Of a stretch of 64,000 nucleotides of DNA, positions 43,601 to 53,122 are shown one piece after another (the stretch's first letter is position 1; each line of letters opens with the position of its first letter). The position numbers and the translations under genes were made by a program. The stretch lies in NCBI GenBank assembly GCA_027486835.1, contig JAIXOJ010000031.1:23937-87936 (forward strand), given 5' to 3'. The notes beneath the pieces were generated by a model, which did no database searches, had not been told where the DNA came from, and saw only the letters and a list, made by a program, of their open reading frames with translations. This DNA is from Chitinophagaceae bacterium. GTDB lineage: Bacteria > Bacteroidota > Bacteroidia > Chitinophagales > Chitinophagaceae.

Positions 43601-45986
43601 TTACACCGCCAAAGTATATAGCACGGGCGGCTGTGCTGCCACTAGCGGTAGTGTGGTGGTGAATGCAACTGTTAAGCCATCTATATCTATATCATCTAGT
43701 GGTGCAAGTACTTGTGCGGGTACCACCGTATTCTTTACAGCAGTTCCTACTAATGGTGGTACAAGCCCTATCTACCAATGGAAAATCAATGGCGTGAATA
43801 TCGCTGGTGCTATGGCAAATACTTATTCAAGTAATAGTTTGCCTAACAACAGTTTAGTAAGTTGTGCACTCACCAGTAATGCTGCATGTGCCAGCCCCAC
43901 CGATACTACCAGCAATTTTATATTCATCAGTTACAATAGTACGCCCAATTTATGGACAGGCAACACTAGTACAGACTGGTCTGTAGCCAGCAATTGGTGT
44001 AGCAATACCGTACCCACCAGTGGAGCAGACATTAATATTCCTGTAGTATCCAATGGGCGATACCCTGCTTTAGCTAGCAACACTACTATTGGAAGTATTA
44101 ATCTGGCTGCTGGTGCTAGCCTACAACTCAATGGCAAAACCCTCACCATCAATGGAGCAGTTGCGGGTACGGGTGTTCTTAAAGGTTCTACTACATCGGG
44201 CTTAGTGGTCAACAGCAGTAGCACTTCTACTTTTTATTTCAACAAAACAGCTACCGACACATTGCTTGGCACACTCACCATTAGCGGCAGCGGTGGTGCT
44301 AAACTGGGTAATGGCTTGGGTATAACCAGTTTACTTTCCCTCAATGCGGGCAACCTTGACCTCAATGGTAATAACCTTACTTTAGAATCCACCTCCATTT
44401 CAGCCACTGCGGTGGTAGGGTCTGTAACAAATGGTGCAACTATTGCGGGTAAGGTAACGGTGGAACGTTTTATTCCCAAAGGCTTTAAAGCTTATCGGCA
44501 GTTGAGTGCGGGCGGGGTGTACAATGCTGGTTCATTCTTTAACAATTGGCAAGAAGGCGGCAACAAGCCTAGTGGCTATGGTACACATATTATTGGCAAC
44601 AAAAGCACTACGGCTGGCTTTAACACCACTACAGGACTAGACAACACCGTTAATGGCAAAAGGGGCTTGTTCATTTATACCAATGGTGGTTGGGATTCCA
44701 TCGGCAATACCAAAACCACCAATATCGATCCCTGTATGGGTTACCACATTGGTATGTTTGGCGACAGAACGGTGAACTTATACCAATCTAATTTTGATGC
44801 ATCAAGCGCTTTGGTTACGGCAACAACGATCCGTACAACGGGTCAATTATTAACTGGTTCTGTTACCTATACCAGCACTAGCACCACTGGTTCATTTGGT
44901 ACCAGTAGTGCTAAACTAAATACCGCCAATAATGCGGGCAGCTTGGTGGGCAATCCTTATGCTTGCGCCATCGATTGGCACAGTCTAACCAAAACGGGCT
45001 TGACCAATAGTTATTACTATTTCGACCCCACTTTCCTCATTAGCAATAGCTATCAAGTGTTTGTGTCTTATAACGCCACATCGGGTACCAACAGCAATCC
45101 GGGCAATTCAAAAATTAACCGTTACATACAACCTGGTCAGGCATTTTGGGTGGAGAATACGGCTAGCAGCGGCACCAGGCAGTTGGTGATTAGCGAAAGC
45201 AACAAAGTGACCAATCAAGCTTACACGGCAGTGTTTGCCTCCGAAAAGCGGGTGAACCGTTTGGCTATTACCCTTTGGAAAAACATTCCTAGTAAAGGCA
45301 ATACCAATATCGATGGTGCTGTGGCCGTGTTTGATGCACCATTTACTACTGAATTAGGTGATGAAGACACCAAAAAAATGCCCAACAGTCACGAAGACCT
45401 AGCCATCTTAGCGCAGCAAACTCCATTGGCCATCAATGGGCAACCCGCACCCAAAGCTGGAGATCGAATGCTGTTGCAATTGGACAAATTAGTGCCTGGT
45501 GTTTCGTATGAACTGCGTTTGGACGGTAGTGAATGGCAGTCTGAGGGCTTAACTGCTTATTTGGTAGATCAATACTTACAGAAAGAAACGCCTTTGGGCA
45601 GTGGTGTTTTGCACTACACTTTCACCAGCGCCTCCCCCTCCAATAATGAACAGCGGTTTAGCATAGTATTTAGCCAAAAACCCGCTTCGGCCAGCTATGC
45701 TACCACCCAAATTCTGCCCGCTGTTTACGCAGTTTACCCTAACCCAGTAGTAGGCAAAAAAGCAACCCTTAGTCTTACCAATGTACCAGCAGGAAAATAC
45801 ACCTTGGCTTGGTATAACGCTATGGGTCAGTGTATTACTAAACAACCAGTTTATCACGCCGCTGGTAGTGGCAACATAACTTACCCACTTTCTGCTATTA
45901 ATAGCAAAGGATTTTTTAACCTTCAATTGACTAACGACAAGGGCGAAGTGGTGTACACACAATCTGTATTAGTGGTTAGGGATTAG
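40659..45986 (+). CDS. Giant (1775 aa) T9SS-secreted surface protein (paralog 3). Order: IPT/TIG-like domains, YVTN beta-propeller repeats, NHL repeats, Cys-containing Ig-like modules, shared pre-CTD module, type-A CTD
   Basis: Signal peptide, YVANSGDNTISVINTSTNTV-type YVTN repeats, NHRVVKWT-type NHL repeats, VERFIPKGFKAYRQL...NNWQEGG module, and C-terminal VYPNPVVGKKATLSL...VLVVRD. Confidence 0.85.
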   Translation: MFSMKQRKPLVWLVGMSLVVFFSTIHLSFGKAVFANHKEDRITTPPSNKQATHAVNELERKQRIPISPTATPTISSFSPAIACPGSTVNIVGTDFTGATAVRFGGVAAASFVVNSATSISAVVAAGGVNGVVTVTTPSGTATSATSFSVGSGTVAYAYMTNYADNNVSIVNTSTGVVSSTLAVGATPSGVAVNPSATRVYIANSGDNTISVINTSTNTVSATITVGTQPVGIVVSPDGSKLYVTNFGENTVSVINTSTNTVTTTLTVGSGPTAIVIAPDGTKVYVANSFANTVSVINTSNNTVSTPMVFTAFTYPAGLSINSTGTVLYVANQFKNTVSFISTASNTITKTVAVGKNPIGLTLSSDNATLYVANNGGNSVSVVNTTTATATATVNVGSAPFGLSVTPDGSKVYVANNGGNTVSVINTSNNTAGTSITVGGSPFGFGNFMASVVTPCLPTISSFTPTTAALGTTVTISGTNLSGATGVKFGGVAATSFSVINSTTITAVVGSGATGDVAVTTSGGTATKSGFTFCTNVTPSVTISASAATICSGSSVTFTAVPTNGGSSPSYQWKKFNTNVGTNSATFTTSTLANGDSILCVMTANNACQTTPTATSKLIGVSVYATPASPFISGGTCVGSTLQVTPSNNLSQIDWRLNGNTISSVTNFGSSGNTFAGGNGSGSGVSQLNLPIGVMLDNAGNVYVSDGSNNRVVKWAPGASTGVVVAGGNGAGNGLKQLQFPEGIYVDGSNSVYVADNNNHRVVKWTSGASAGVLVAGGNGQGSAANQLNYPDGIYVDANATIYIADAFNHRIQKWTAGATTGVTVAGTGISGSGASQLNSPLGVFVDGVGTVYIADFNNHRVQKWTAGASSGVTVAGGNGQGSAANQLNNPTSVYADEVGNVYVSDYGNHRVQKWTVGATTGVTVAGGNGNGITALQLSNPNGIYLDGSGNLYVADGGNNRVQGYAAGAIKSNSYTTTAAGTYTAKVYSTGGCAATSGSVVVNATVKPSISISSSGASTCAGTTVFFTAVPTNGGTSPIYQWKINGVNIAGAMANTYSSNSLPNNSLVSCALTSNAACASPTDTTSNFIFISYNSTPNLWTGNTSTDWSVASNWCSNTVPTSGADINIPVVSNGRYPALASNTTIGSINLAAGASLQLNGKTLTINGAVAGTGVLKGSTTSGLVVNSSSTSTFYFNKTATDTLLGTLTISGSGGAKLGNGLGITSLLSLNAGNLDLNGNNLTLESTSISATAVVGSVTNGATIAGKVTVERFIPKGFKAYRQLSAGGVYNAGSFFNNWQEGGNKPSGYGTHIIGNKSTTAGFNTTTGLDNTVNGKRGLFIYTNGGWDSIGNTKTTNIDPCMGYHIGMFGDRTVNLYQSNFDASSALVTATTIRTTGQLLTGSVTYTSTSTTGSFGTSSAKLNTANNAGSLVGNPYACAIDWHSLTKTGLTNSYYYFDPTFLISNSYQVFVSYNATSGTNSNPGNSKINRYIQPGQAFWVENTASSGTRQLVISESNKVTNQAYTAVFASEKRVNRLAITLWKNIPSKGNTNIDGAVAVFDAPFTTELGDEDTKKMPNSHEDLAILAQQTPLAINGQPAPKAGDRMLLQLDKLVPGVSYELRLDGSEWQSEGLTAYLVDQYLQKETPLGSGVLHYTFTSASPSNNEQRFSIVFSQKPASASYATTQILPAVYAVYPNPVVGKKATLSLTNVPAGKYTLAWYNAMGQCITKQPVYHAAGSGNITYPLSAINSKGFFNLQLTNDKGEVVYTQSVLVVRD

Positions 45987-46139
45987 TGGTTAGTTGAGTG
46001 CATAATTTACTTTCTTAACCTTAGCTATTGTCAACCTCCCGATTATTCAGTTAGTCGGGATGTTTTTTTGATGGAACTCCCTACACTTCTAAGAGGGAGA
46101 GAGAAGTATTAGGATAACTCTGTTTTCAAAACCGCTGTA

Positions 46140-46560
46140 CCCTGATTATCCTGTACTCAAACAAAAAAAGCCAGACCAGACAACTTTAGTAGCCCATTCG
46201 AGCTTAAATAATAATAACCTATTCAGAGATTACAATTATTCCGCCATCTGTAAAAGTACTCTAAGGATCAGTGGAGTCATATTTTCTGAGGCAGCAAGCA
46301 AAATAGTGTGCGATTTTTAGGCGGTGCGTCTCAGGAAAGCGAATACTATCACCACTAGAAAAAATTAACTCATATCCTGTAAATTCTTCTGCACTAATTG
46401 GTCCAGCTGTGCCAGTATCTATTACATTATAACACAATTTACAAAAGCAACACCCTTTGGTTTCGCCTTACTTTTAGCAGCTATGGAATTGCGAAAAACA
46501 ATGCTGTGTGTCAATGAACCATTGATACGATCTTCAATTAATGGATGTCCTTTTTATTCG
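46140..46560 (-). pseudogene. Frameshifted, 5'-truncated paralog of the 225-aa gene at 25701..26378, including its downstream terminator sequence
   Basis: Minus-strand translation gives ...IEDRINGSLTHSIVFRNSIAAKSKAKPKGVAFVNCVIM* then, after a frameshift, DTGTAGPISAEEFTGYELIFSSGDSIRFPET... This matches ...IEVRINGSLAHSIVFRDSIATKSKAKPKGVAF...DTGTAGPISADDFTGYELISSSGDNVRFPET of the intact gene. Downstream it carries taagctcgaatgg(g/a)ctacta. Confidence 0.6.
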
Positions 46561-46579
46561 CTTCAAACCAGCCGCTATT

Positions 46580-46750
46580 TGACGGCAACCAAACGAAGCC
46601 TCCGCGAGCCTCTCGTCAACTGACGGCAGCCAAACGGAGCCTCCGCGAGCCTCTCGTCAACTGACGGCAACCAAACGGAGCCTCCGCGAGCCTCTCGTCA
46701 ACTGACGGCAATCAAACGGAGTCTCCGCGACCCTCTCGTCAACTGACGGC
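46580..46750. repeat. Tandem array of 4.2 copies of a 41-bp unit (tgacggcaaccaaacggagcctccgcgagcctctcgtcaac)
   Basis: Read directly from the sequence. It lies immediately 5' (on the coding strand) of the pseudogene. Confidence 0.9.
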
Positions 46751-46988
46751 TGAAAAAAGAAGCTTTTTACAATAAGAAATCAATTGAGGGAAAGCCCATC
46801 GAAGCATCCAACCGCTTGAAATCAATTGATGGCGAAAGATTAACCCTCTTTGCAGTTAAGTATTTGGAGAAATCTGCTTGTCATGCGTTGGTTGGTTTCG
46901 GGGTTTAGTTGGAGTGACTACAAATTTTCTTTTCTTTACTGAGCGCTTTTGTATCTCAGCATTTCAAATATGGTTGCTGCTTTTTAAT

Positions 46989-47091
46989 TGGGGGTGCGTA
47001 AAAGTTTTTCGCTATGAAGCTTCGTTTTAACTTATACAGGGTTTCAAACCCTATATAAGTTTGCGAAAGGGGCGAAAAACTTTTACGCACC
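46989..47091. mobile_element. MITE-like element: 21-bp terminal inverted repeats gggtgcgtaaaagtttttcgc / gcgaaaaacttttacgcaccc around an ~60-bp structured core (gggtttcaaaccc hairpin)
   Basis: Perfect TIRs. A second full copy at 63390..63490 carries the same core in inverted orientation, with TIR positions co-varying (gcgt/acgc vs gcac/gtgc). Confidence 0.55.
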
Positions 47092-47207
47092 CAACCAGAT
47101 TGGCTTATTTCCCTTCTGGAAATATCTAGGACTAAAGCATACAAGATATAAATGGTACTAAGCACTCTCCGGACCATTGACACTTGTTATGAATAACCAA
47201 CAGAAAT

Positions 47208-49145
47208 CTATCTAGGTACTTCCAACTTATTGTTTTCTCGCTTTACGTCGGCCAATCGAAAGCTAGGGTCTATTTCTATTGATTTAATATCCTTCAAATT
47301 ACGAGAAATGCTAAGCGTATAGGTAGGATGCGTCCATTTCCATTCAGGTGCTATAACCCTTGGCAAGTTGTCTTCTTGCAGCTTATAGCCAAAGAGTAAA
47401 TCAAGTGGCACATAATACAATTCTTTGCTACCATCTTTATAACTGATTAACACATCCACAGGCATAGGCATTTTGCCAAGCCGTTTAAGGGTAATTTCGG
47501 TTTTATTGTTCACCAGTTCAATATTACCCACTGCATAATCAATGGTTTTGATACTATTAACCCAATATTCTTTGTACCACTGCAAATGCAAGCCACTTAC
47601 CTTTTCCGCCACTCGAATAAAGTCATTGGCATTGGGATGTTTAAATCGCCACTGGTTGTAATATTCATGTAAAATAACATTCCGTACACTGTCACCCACT
47701 ATGTAGCCCAACTGCGCCAAAAACACCGCACCCTTAGCATATGATGCCGCTGAATAACCAAAATTGGTGTTGAAATGATCAGCATGGGTAGATAGCGGTT
47801 CCTCATAAGGACTCGCTGCAAGATTAAAGTAGCCAGCATAGCTATCGGCCTGTTTAAGGGGTAAATCATCCTTTTCTTTAGCGTAAGTAGCGGCATTCGC
47901 TGCTTTAGTGGCTGCATTAACAAAGGGCGATTGGGTAGCCCAATTGGCATTGTAATAATCGGTTACTTCATTTTCGGCAAAAGAGGTAAATCCTTCATCC
48001 ATCCAAGCAAAAAGGCTTTCGTTAGTACCCAATAAATGCTGGTACCAATTGTGCATCCATTCATGGAAAACAGCCCCTAGCCCTGGCCCTCTTAGCAAAG
48101 TAGCCATGGCATATTCCATTCCACCATCACCACCTTGTATAAAGGAATATTGCGGATAAGGATATTTTCCATAATGGCTTTCTATAAAGGGTAATACCTT
48201 TTCTGCGGCATACAAAATATTGCTCCAAGCACTGTCTGTACGTTTATCGCCCGCTTTGTAAACCACATGCAAGGTTACACCACGGGTTTTCTTAGATAGG
48301 TGTTTAAAATTGGGATCGGCAGCCCAAACAAAATCATGGATATTTTCCCCTTTAAAGTTCCAAGTTATTGTTTTTCCAGTAGCGGCAGGCACTTTTACAC
48401 CCGCATCTTCATAGCCAAAACCGATGGAATTCGCATTTTGTAAAACGCCCGTACCAGCAATTAGGTAGTTTTTATCGATGGTTATTTTTACATCATAATC
48501 ACCCCACACGCCATAAAACTCACGAGCTATATAAGGGTTAGCATTCCACCCTTGGTAATCGTATTCCACCATTTTAGGATACCATTGACTCATACTAAAC
48601 CGCACCCCCTCGGCATTATCTCTACCGCTTCGGCGGATTTGCAAAGGAACTTGCGCTTGAAAAGCCAACTCAAGATTGGTTTTGCTTCTAGGCAAAATGG
48701 GTTTACTTAGTCTTACTTCCAGTATCGTTTCATGGTTAACCAAGGTTTGAGCAACCCCGTTTATTTTAATGCTATTTACCCGCTGGTACCCAATTTGGTC
48801 TTCGGTAAGTTTACTGATTCGGTCGCGAACCCTACCATCCCAGTCAAGTCGTGGTTCTCCGTTTCTGCTAGTGCCTAGTACGGTTTTACCTAGTTCTTGG
48901 CTTCTCACATCCATGCTGCTATTAGGCTGGAATGCATTCCAATACAAATGAAAAAACAACTTGTCCAATGTATCGGGCGAATTATTGATATACTCAATTA
49001 CTTCAGTACCCGAAAATTGATTGGCATCTACATCCACTTGCACAGCAATATTGTATTTTATACGCTGCTGCCAACGGTCAGACTGTGCAACAACTGATTG
49101 GCACAGTAAGCAACAAATAACTACTCTAAATATCCAATTTAACAT
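47208..49145 (-). CDS. Secreted M1-family zinc metallopeptidase (aminopeptidase N-like)
   Basis: Signal peptide, HEWMH (HExxH) and downstream WMDEGF zinc ligand. 645 aa. Confidence 0.75.
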   Translation of the reverse strand: MLNWIFRVVICCLLCQSVVAQSDRWQQRIKYNIAVQVDVDANQFSGTEVIEYINNSPDTLDKLFFHLYWNAFQPNSSMDVRSQELGKTVLGTSRNGEPRLDWDGRVRDRISKLTEDQIGYQRVNSIKINGVAQTLVNHETILEVRLSKPILPRSKTNLELAFQAQVPLQIRRSGRDNAEGVRFSMSQWYPKMVEYDYQGWNANPYIAREFYGVWGDYDVKITIDKNYLIAGTGVLQNANSIGFGYEDAGVKVPAATGKTITWNFKGENIHDFVWAADPNFKHLSKKTRGVTLHVVYKAGDKRTDSAWSNILYAAEKVLPFIESHYGKYPYPQYSFIQGGDGGMEYAMATLLRGPGLGAVFHEWMHNWYQHLLGTNESLFAWMDEGFTSFAENEVTDYYNANWATQSPFVNAATKAANAATYAKEKDDLPLKQADSYAGYFNLAASPYEEPLSTHADHFNTNFGYSAASYAKGAVFLAQLGYIVGDSVRNVILHEYYNQWRFKHPNANDFIRVAEKVSGLHLQWYKEYWVNSIKTIDYAVGNIELVNNKTEITLKRLGKMPMPVDVLISYKDGSKELYYVPLDLLFGYKLQEDNLPRVIAPEWKWTHPTYTLSISRNLKDIKSIEIDPSFRLADVKRENNKLEVPR

Positions 49146-49299
49146 ACAAATGGCTACTTTACAGATAAAGAAAGCAGCAATTATATGATATACCTATAAC
49201 ACCTCAAACATTTAACCCATAAACGACCTCATCATTTAACCTTTTGTACTTTTTAACCTTGAGAAAAATGGAATATTCACCCATGCTTATCTGCTACAT

Positions 49300-51621
49300 T
49301 TGCTCTCTAACGAATTGCTTATGAACTTATTGCCACCCGTTGTAAAACAAGTAAGCAGCGCATTATTGCTTATCTGTTTATCTTTTTTTACTACACTAGC
49401 TCAAAATAAATACCCTGTAAAAATGCCCACCCATCCCCGTGTATTGGTAACGGTAAAGGATATTCCAGCATTAAAAGAGCGCATTCAACATCCTGATTTT
49501 GCTTCGCTAATGCGGGCATATAAAGAACAAAAAGAATATGCCACAGATGGGGTATCTGCCAATGGCGAACCAGATGAACACATTCGGCAGAAAATTGAAT
49601 CGCTGGCTTTTGATTATTTGCTCAACTCAAGTGCAGCAAAAGAAGCTGGGTTGGCTGCGGTACAATTGATACAGATTTATCTGCCTTCAATTACCAAAAC
49701 AAAGGGCTATCACCAGAATGCACATACCTACGATGCGGTTTTTACAGCAGCATTGGTGTATGATTGGTGCTATGATTTGCTGGATACAGCCACTAAAACC
49801 AAACTGATTGCACAAATGAAAAACACAAGCTGCTTGGCTGAGTATTGCATCTTTAAAAATACCCCCAAACAATACCTCAATGGCCACTATGGCGAGTATG
49901 CCCCCTCTGTGTTTTTGGCAATGGGCTTGGCTATTTATGACGAACAGCAGGACGTGTTCGACTTTGCCTACCAAGAACAGGTGGAACGTTTTGCCCCCAC
50001 CCGCAATCCGTGGTATGCTTCGGGGGCGCATCATCAGGGTAGTCAATATATCCATGTGCGCTATGGCAATGAGCTGTTGCAGGCTTTTTTGTTGGATAAA
50101 TTGGGCATTAGTCCATACAAAAGAGAAATAAGCACCGTGGCATTTCGGGAGCTGTACGCCAATATTCCCCAAGCAACCGATATGGACGGTATGCCCGAGG
50201 GAGATTGTCACAACAACATTACCATGGGCAATCATTATATGGCCTTTGTTCCCATTGCTGCTACGCTTTCGAAAAATCCTTTTTTGCAAGGGTATGCTCA
50301 AATGAGCCTAGAGAAGTTATCCGAAATCCCTACAAGGGCTTTTCTCTTCTACAATCCTTTATTAAGCGCTGCACCATTTGACAGCTTACCATTGAGCCGT
50401 TTCTTCTCTTCACCTTCTGGATTAATGATTGCCCGCACCAAGTGGGACATAGACAAAAAGGGCAAACCCTCCGATGCCATGGTGGTGCTGATGAATATGC
50501 GGGAATACAATGCTAAAAACCATGTTCACTTAGATGTGGGGCATTTTGGCATTTATTATAAAGGTCATTTGGCTTTAGATGCAGGTATTTATCAAGGCAA
50601 AGACCCCAACAATGAATGGGGTAAGCTGAACTATGTGAACTATTATGCCCGCACCGTGGCCCACAATTCCTTGCTCATCCTCGACCCCAACGAACCCACG
50701 CCTTACGAAGGCTCTAACATTAAAGCTACATCAAGAGATGGTGGGCAGTTTTCGTTTAAAAACCGTGCGTTCGACAGTATTCAAGAAATGTTTGCGGCGG
50801 ACAAATCTGCCGAAATATTAGCCCATGAAATTAGTAAGGGTATGAGTCCAGACTATACCTACTTGATGGGCGACATGACAAGGGCGTATAATGTGCCGAG
50901 AAACGTAGCCGTTTATCCTGCAAAAGCCGATACGGTGAGAAGAAGTTTTGTGTTCTTGAACCTGCACAACCCACAAGTGCCCGGCGCATTGATCGTGCTG
51001 GACAAAGTGGTAAGCACCAATGATTCTTTCCAAAAAAAGTGGGTACTGCATTCGCAGAACGAACCCACCGTTAGCAATGGCAGCATCAGCTTAGAAAGCA
51101 CGGAAGCAGGGAGGAACGGCAAGTTGGTAAACGAAGTGCTGCTTCCCCAGTTCGGCAACCGACAAATAGAAAAGATTGGCGGTGAAGGCAAAGAATACTG
51201 GGTGGACGGCAAAAACTGGGGTACGGTAACCCAGCAGGACGCCGGCAGATGGCGGATAGAACTATCGCCCAAAACAGCCGCGAAATCAGACAACTTTTTG
51301 AACGTGATCCAAGTGATGGATGCCGCGCCATCGCCCAAAACATTGCCCGTTGCAAAAGCTTTTTCGACCGAAGGCAATTATGTAGCCATTACCATAGACA
51401 ATAGAATAGTAGCCCAACACCTGCGCTTATGCACCAACGCAGCCCCCATCACTTTCACCATTGGGGATAAAAAGAAAGTGTATCATGCTTTGGTAACCGA
51501 CTTGAAAACTGGCAAATGGAAAGTGTATGGAAAGCAGATAGTGACTGTAGCGAAGGATGCAGGTACTGCTTATTTTGATACAAAAGGAGGAATGGTTAAG
51601 ATGGAGTGGGTAGGGGAATGA
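49300..51621 (+). CDS. Heparinase II/III-family (alginate-lyase superfamily) polysaccharide lyase-like protein
   Basis: NHVHLDVGHFGIYYKGHLALDAGIYQ...YYARTVAHNSLLILD matches the HxHxDxGxF...D.G.Y...HNt core. It also has an N-terminal HPRVLVTVKDIPALKERI and a signal peptide. Confidence 0.7.
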   Translation: MLSNELLMNLLPPVVKQVSSALLLICLSFFTTLAQNKYPVKMPTHPRVLVTVKDIPALKERIQHPDFASLMRAYKEQKEYATDGVSANGEPDEHIRQKIESLAFDYLLNSSAAKEAGLAAVQLIQIYLPSITKTKGYHQNAHTYDAVFTAALVYDWCYDLLDTATKTKLIAQMKNTSCLAEYCIFKNTPKQYLNGHYGEYAPSVFLAMGLAIYDEQQDVFDFAYQEQVERFAPTRNPWYASGAHHQGSQYIHVRYGNELLQAFLLDKLGISPYKREISTVAFRELYANIPQATDMDGMPEGDCHNNITMGNHYMAFVPIAATLSKNPFLQGYAQMSLEKLSEIPTRAFLFYNPLLSAAPFDSLPLSRFFSSPSGLMIARTKWDIDKKGKPSDAMVVLMNMREYNAKNHVHLDVGHFGIYYKGHLALDAGIYQGKDPNNEWGKLNYVNYYARTVAHNSLLILDPNEPTPYEGSNIKATSRDGGQFSFKNRAFDSIQEMFAADKSAEILAHEISKGMSPDYTYLMGDMTRAYNVPRNVAVYPAKADTVRRSFVFLNLHNPQVPGALIVLDKVVSTNDSFQKKWVLHSQNEPTVSNGSISLESTEAGRNGKLVNEVLLPQFGNRQIEKIGGEGKEYWVDGKNWGTVTQQDAGRWRIELSPKTAAKSDNFLNVIQVMDAAPSPKTLPVAKAFSTEGNYVAITIDNRIVAQHLRLCTNAAPITFTIGDKKKVYHALVTDLKTGKWKVYGKQIVTVAKDAGTAYFDTKGGMVKMEWVGE

Positions 51622-51759
51622 TGATGGTGTAAAGTTCTTGTAACGAAAAAGGGTTGCCAACCATTTGCACGTTGATAACCCTTTTTTTATGATGCTTTAA
51701 TAGGTAAGAAACTGCTCCTTAAATTGATAAAACCGTAGAAAAGTTTATCCAATCTTCAT

Positions 51760-52023
51760 TTAATCAATTTCAATTGATTGTTCAAATAATACATCTGGAC
51801 AAAAATCAACTCCATTTCTCCAAGATAATGCGCCAAAGGAATCAATCGATACTTGCTTGAAATTTTCAACATCAAGCAATTCTTGCATGATTGGCGTGTT
51901 GGGAAATTGGTTTAACAAGCGACCTATATTTACTCTACGCAATTTCTTTGCTTCCTCAAATAAACAATCAATCGTATAATTATCCGTATTTATCTTCTCG
52001 ATGTGTGTAATAGTTTGTAGCAT
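51760..52023 (-). CDS. DUF2442-like small protein
   Basis: 87 aa, paired with the adjacent DUF4160-like gene 9 bp upstream. Confidence 0.5.
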   Translation of the reverse strand: MLQTITHIEKINTDNYTIDCLFEEAKKLRRVNIGRLLNQFPNTPIMQELLDVENFKQVSIDSFGALSWRNGVDFCPDVLFEQSIEID

Positions 52024-52032
52024 GGTTATAAA

Positions 52033-52296
52033 TTAATGAAGTGGTTCAATTTTTTCCCAAGTTGCAGGATTATTATTTAATGTTTGGAAATTGAGTAGTA
52101 GTTCATCTTCATGCAAAACGCACCATGCTTGAATCATCTTCAATTGTTTGTTTGGCATAAATCCTTCGATAACTTCTGATGTTTTGATGTCAATTATAAC
52201 CTTATTTCCTTGATATTCGGCATGAAAATGAGGTGGTACATGGTCAGCAAAGAACATTTTTATCAATATTCCATAAAATCTACAAATCTCTGGCAT
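52033..52296 (-). CDS. DUF4160-like small protein
   Basis: 87 aa with FADHVPPHFHAEYQGNKVIIDIKTSEV. DUF4160–DUF2442 is a frequently paired two-gene module. Confidence 0.5.
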   Translation of the reverse strand: MPEICRFYGILIKMFFADHVPPHFHAEYQGNKVIIDIKTSEVIEGFMPNKQLKMIQAWCVLHEDELLLNFQTLNNNPATWEKIEPLH

Positions 52297-52401
52297 AACA
52301 TAAATTTTTCTTTTCAGAAGCTGGAAGTAAAAATAGTTCTAGAGAGCAATAAAGCAATAAATGATTGAGAACTGCCGAAGGTAAAGTTGTTTGTACCATC
52401 A

Positions 52402-52998
52402 TTAACAAGCCCATTCTTGGGGCTTAAATGTTTTATAGTCGTTCATGATTGTAACGGAATCGCCGCTTGGTTTCAATACGAAAAGACCTTTCTTCTCGGC
52501 ATACACATCAACTCCTTTTCCTACAATCATACCCGCCACCCCTGCTAACAAGGTTTTGCCTTGCGCTCCGGGCATTGGGTAAGATTGGATTTTTTTCATT
52601 CTTTCTAAATGGGCATCCACATCATCAATTTTGAGGGTGTTCTTCACTTCTAGGGCAACAACATATTTTTGATTGTAAATCAGAATATCGATTTCATACA
52701 CAAACCTGCCGTCCTCGTCCTGCATTTCGAAGTGATCAGCAATGGAGTGCACGGGTATTCCCCAACTTTTAAACTTATTGATTACATCTGCACGAACCTG
52801 TTCCTCAGCAAAACGGCCTAAAGTGTCCCCCAAATCGGCAATTTTTTTGTTTACTTCCCTGCTTATTTTCTCCATTCGCTTGTCGGTTTCAGCAAATTGC
52901 TGCTTTAAATCTTGAGTCAGCTTTTCGCTTAATTTTTCCATCCGCTTATCCGATTCCGCAAAAAGTTGTAAGATGCCTTCGATAGTTAGTTCAGCCAT
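52402..52998 (-). CDS. PD-(D/E)xK nuclease-fold protein (DUF3782-like) with two N-terminal coiled-coil repeats
   Basis: Two repeats of FAE(S/T)DKRMEK(L/I)S(E/R). Core YEIDILIYNQKYVVALEVKNTL gives D...E-V-K. The start was moved to MAELTIEG at 52998. Confidence 0.5.
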   Translation of the reverse strand: MAELTIEGILQLFAESDKRMEKLSEKLTQDLKQQFAETDKRMEKISREVNKKIADLGDTLGRFAEEQVRADVINKFKSWGIPVHSIADHFEMQDEDGRFVYEIDILIYNQKYVVALEVKNTLKIDDVDAHLERMKKIQSYPMPGAQGKTLLAGVAGMIVGKGVDVYAEKKGLFVLKPSGDSVTIMNDYKTFKPQEWAC

Positions 52999-53122
52999 AA
53001 ATCTAGAATTTTTGTAAAAATAAATGCTCTTTGGTTTGGGATAAAAACAACTAACTGGATGTATTATATTTACTTGTAGTTGCATGCAAATAAACAACAC
53101 TGCATCTATTTGCTAGTGCGTT

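Noticed and set aside
46956-47183. 75-aa minus-strand ORF
   Set aside because: It lies entirely over the MITE-like inverted-repeat element and its flank. It has no support beyond an open frame.
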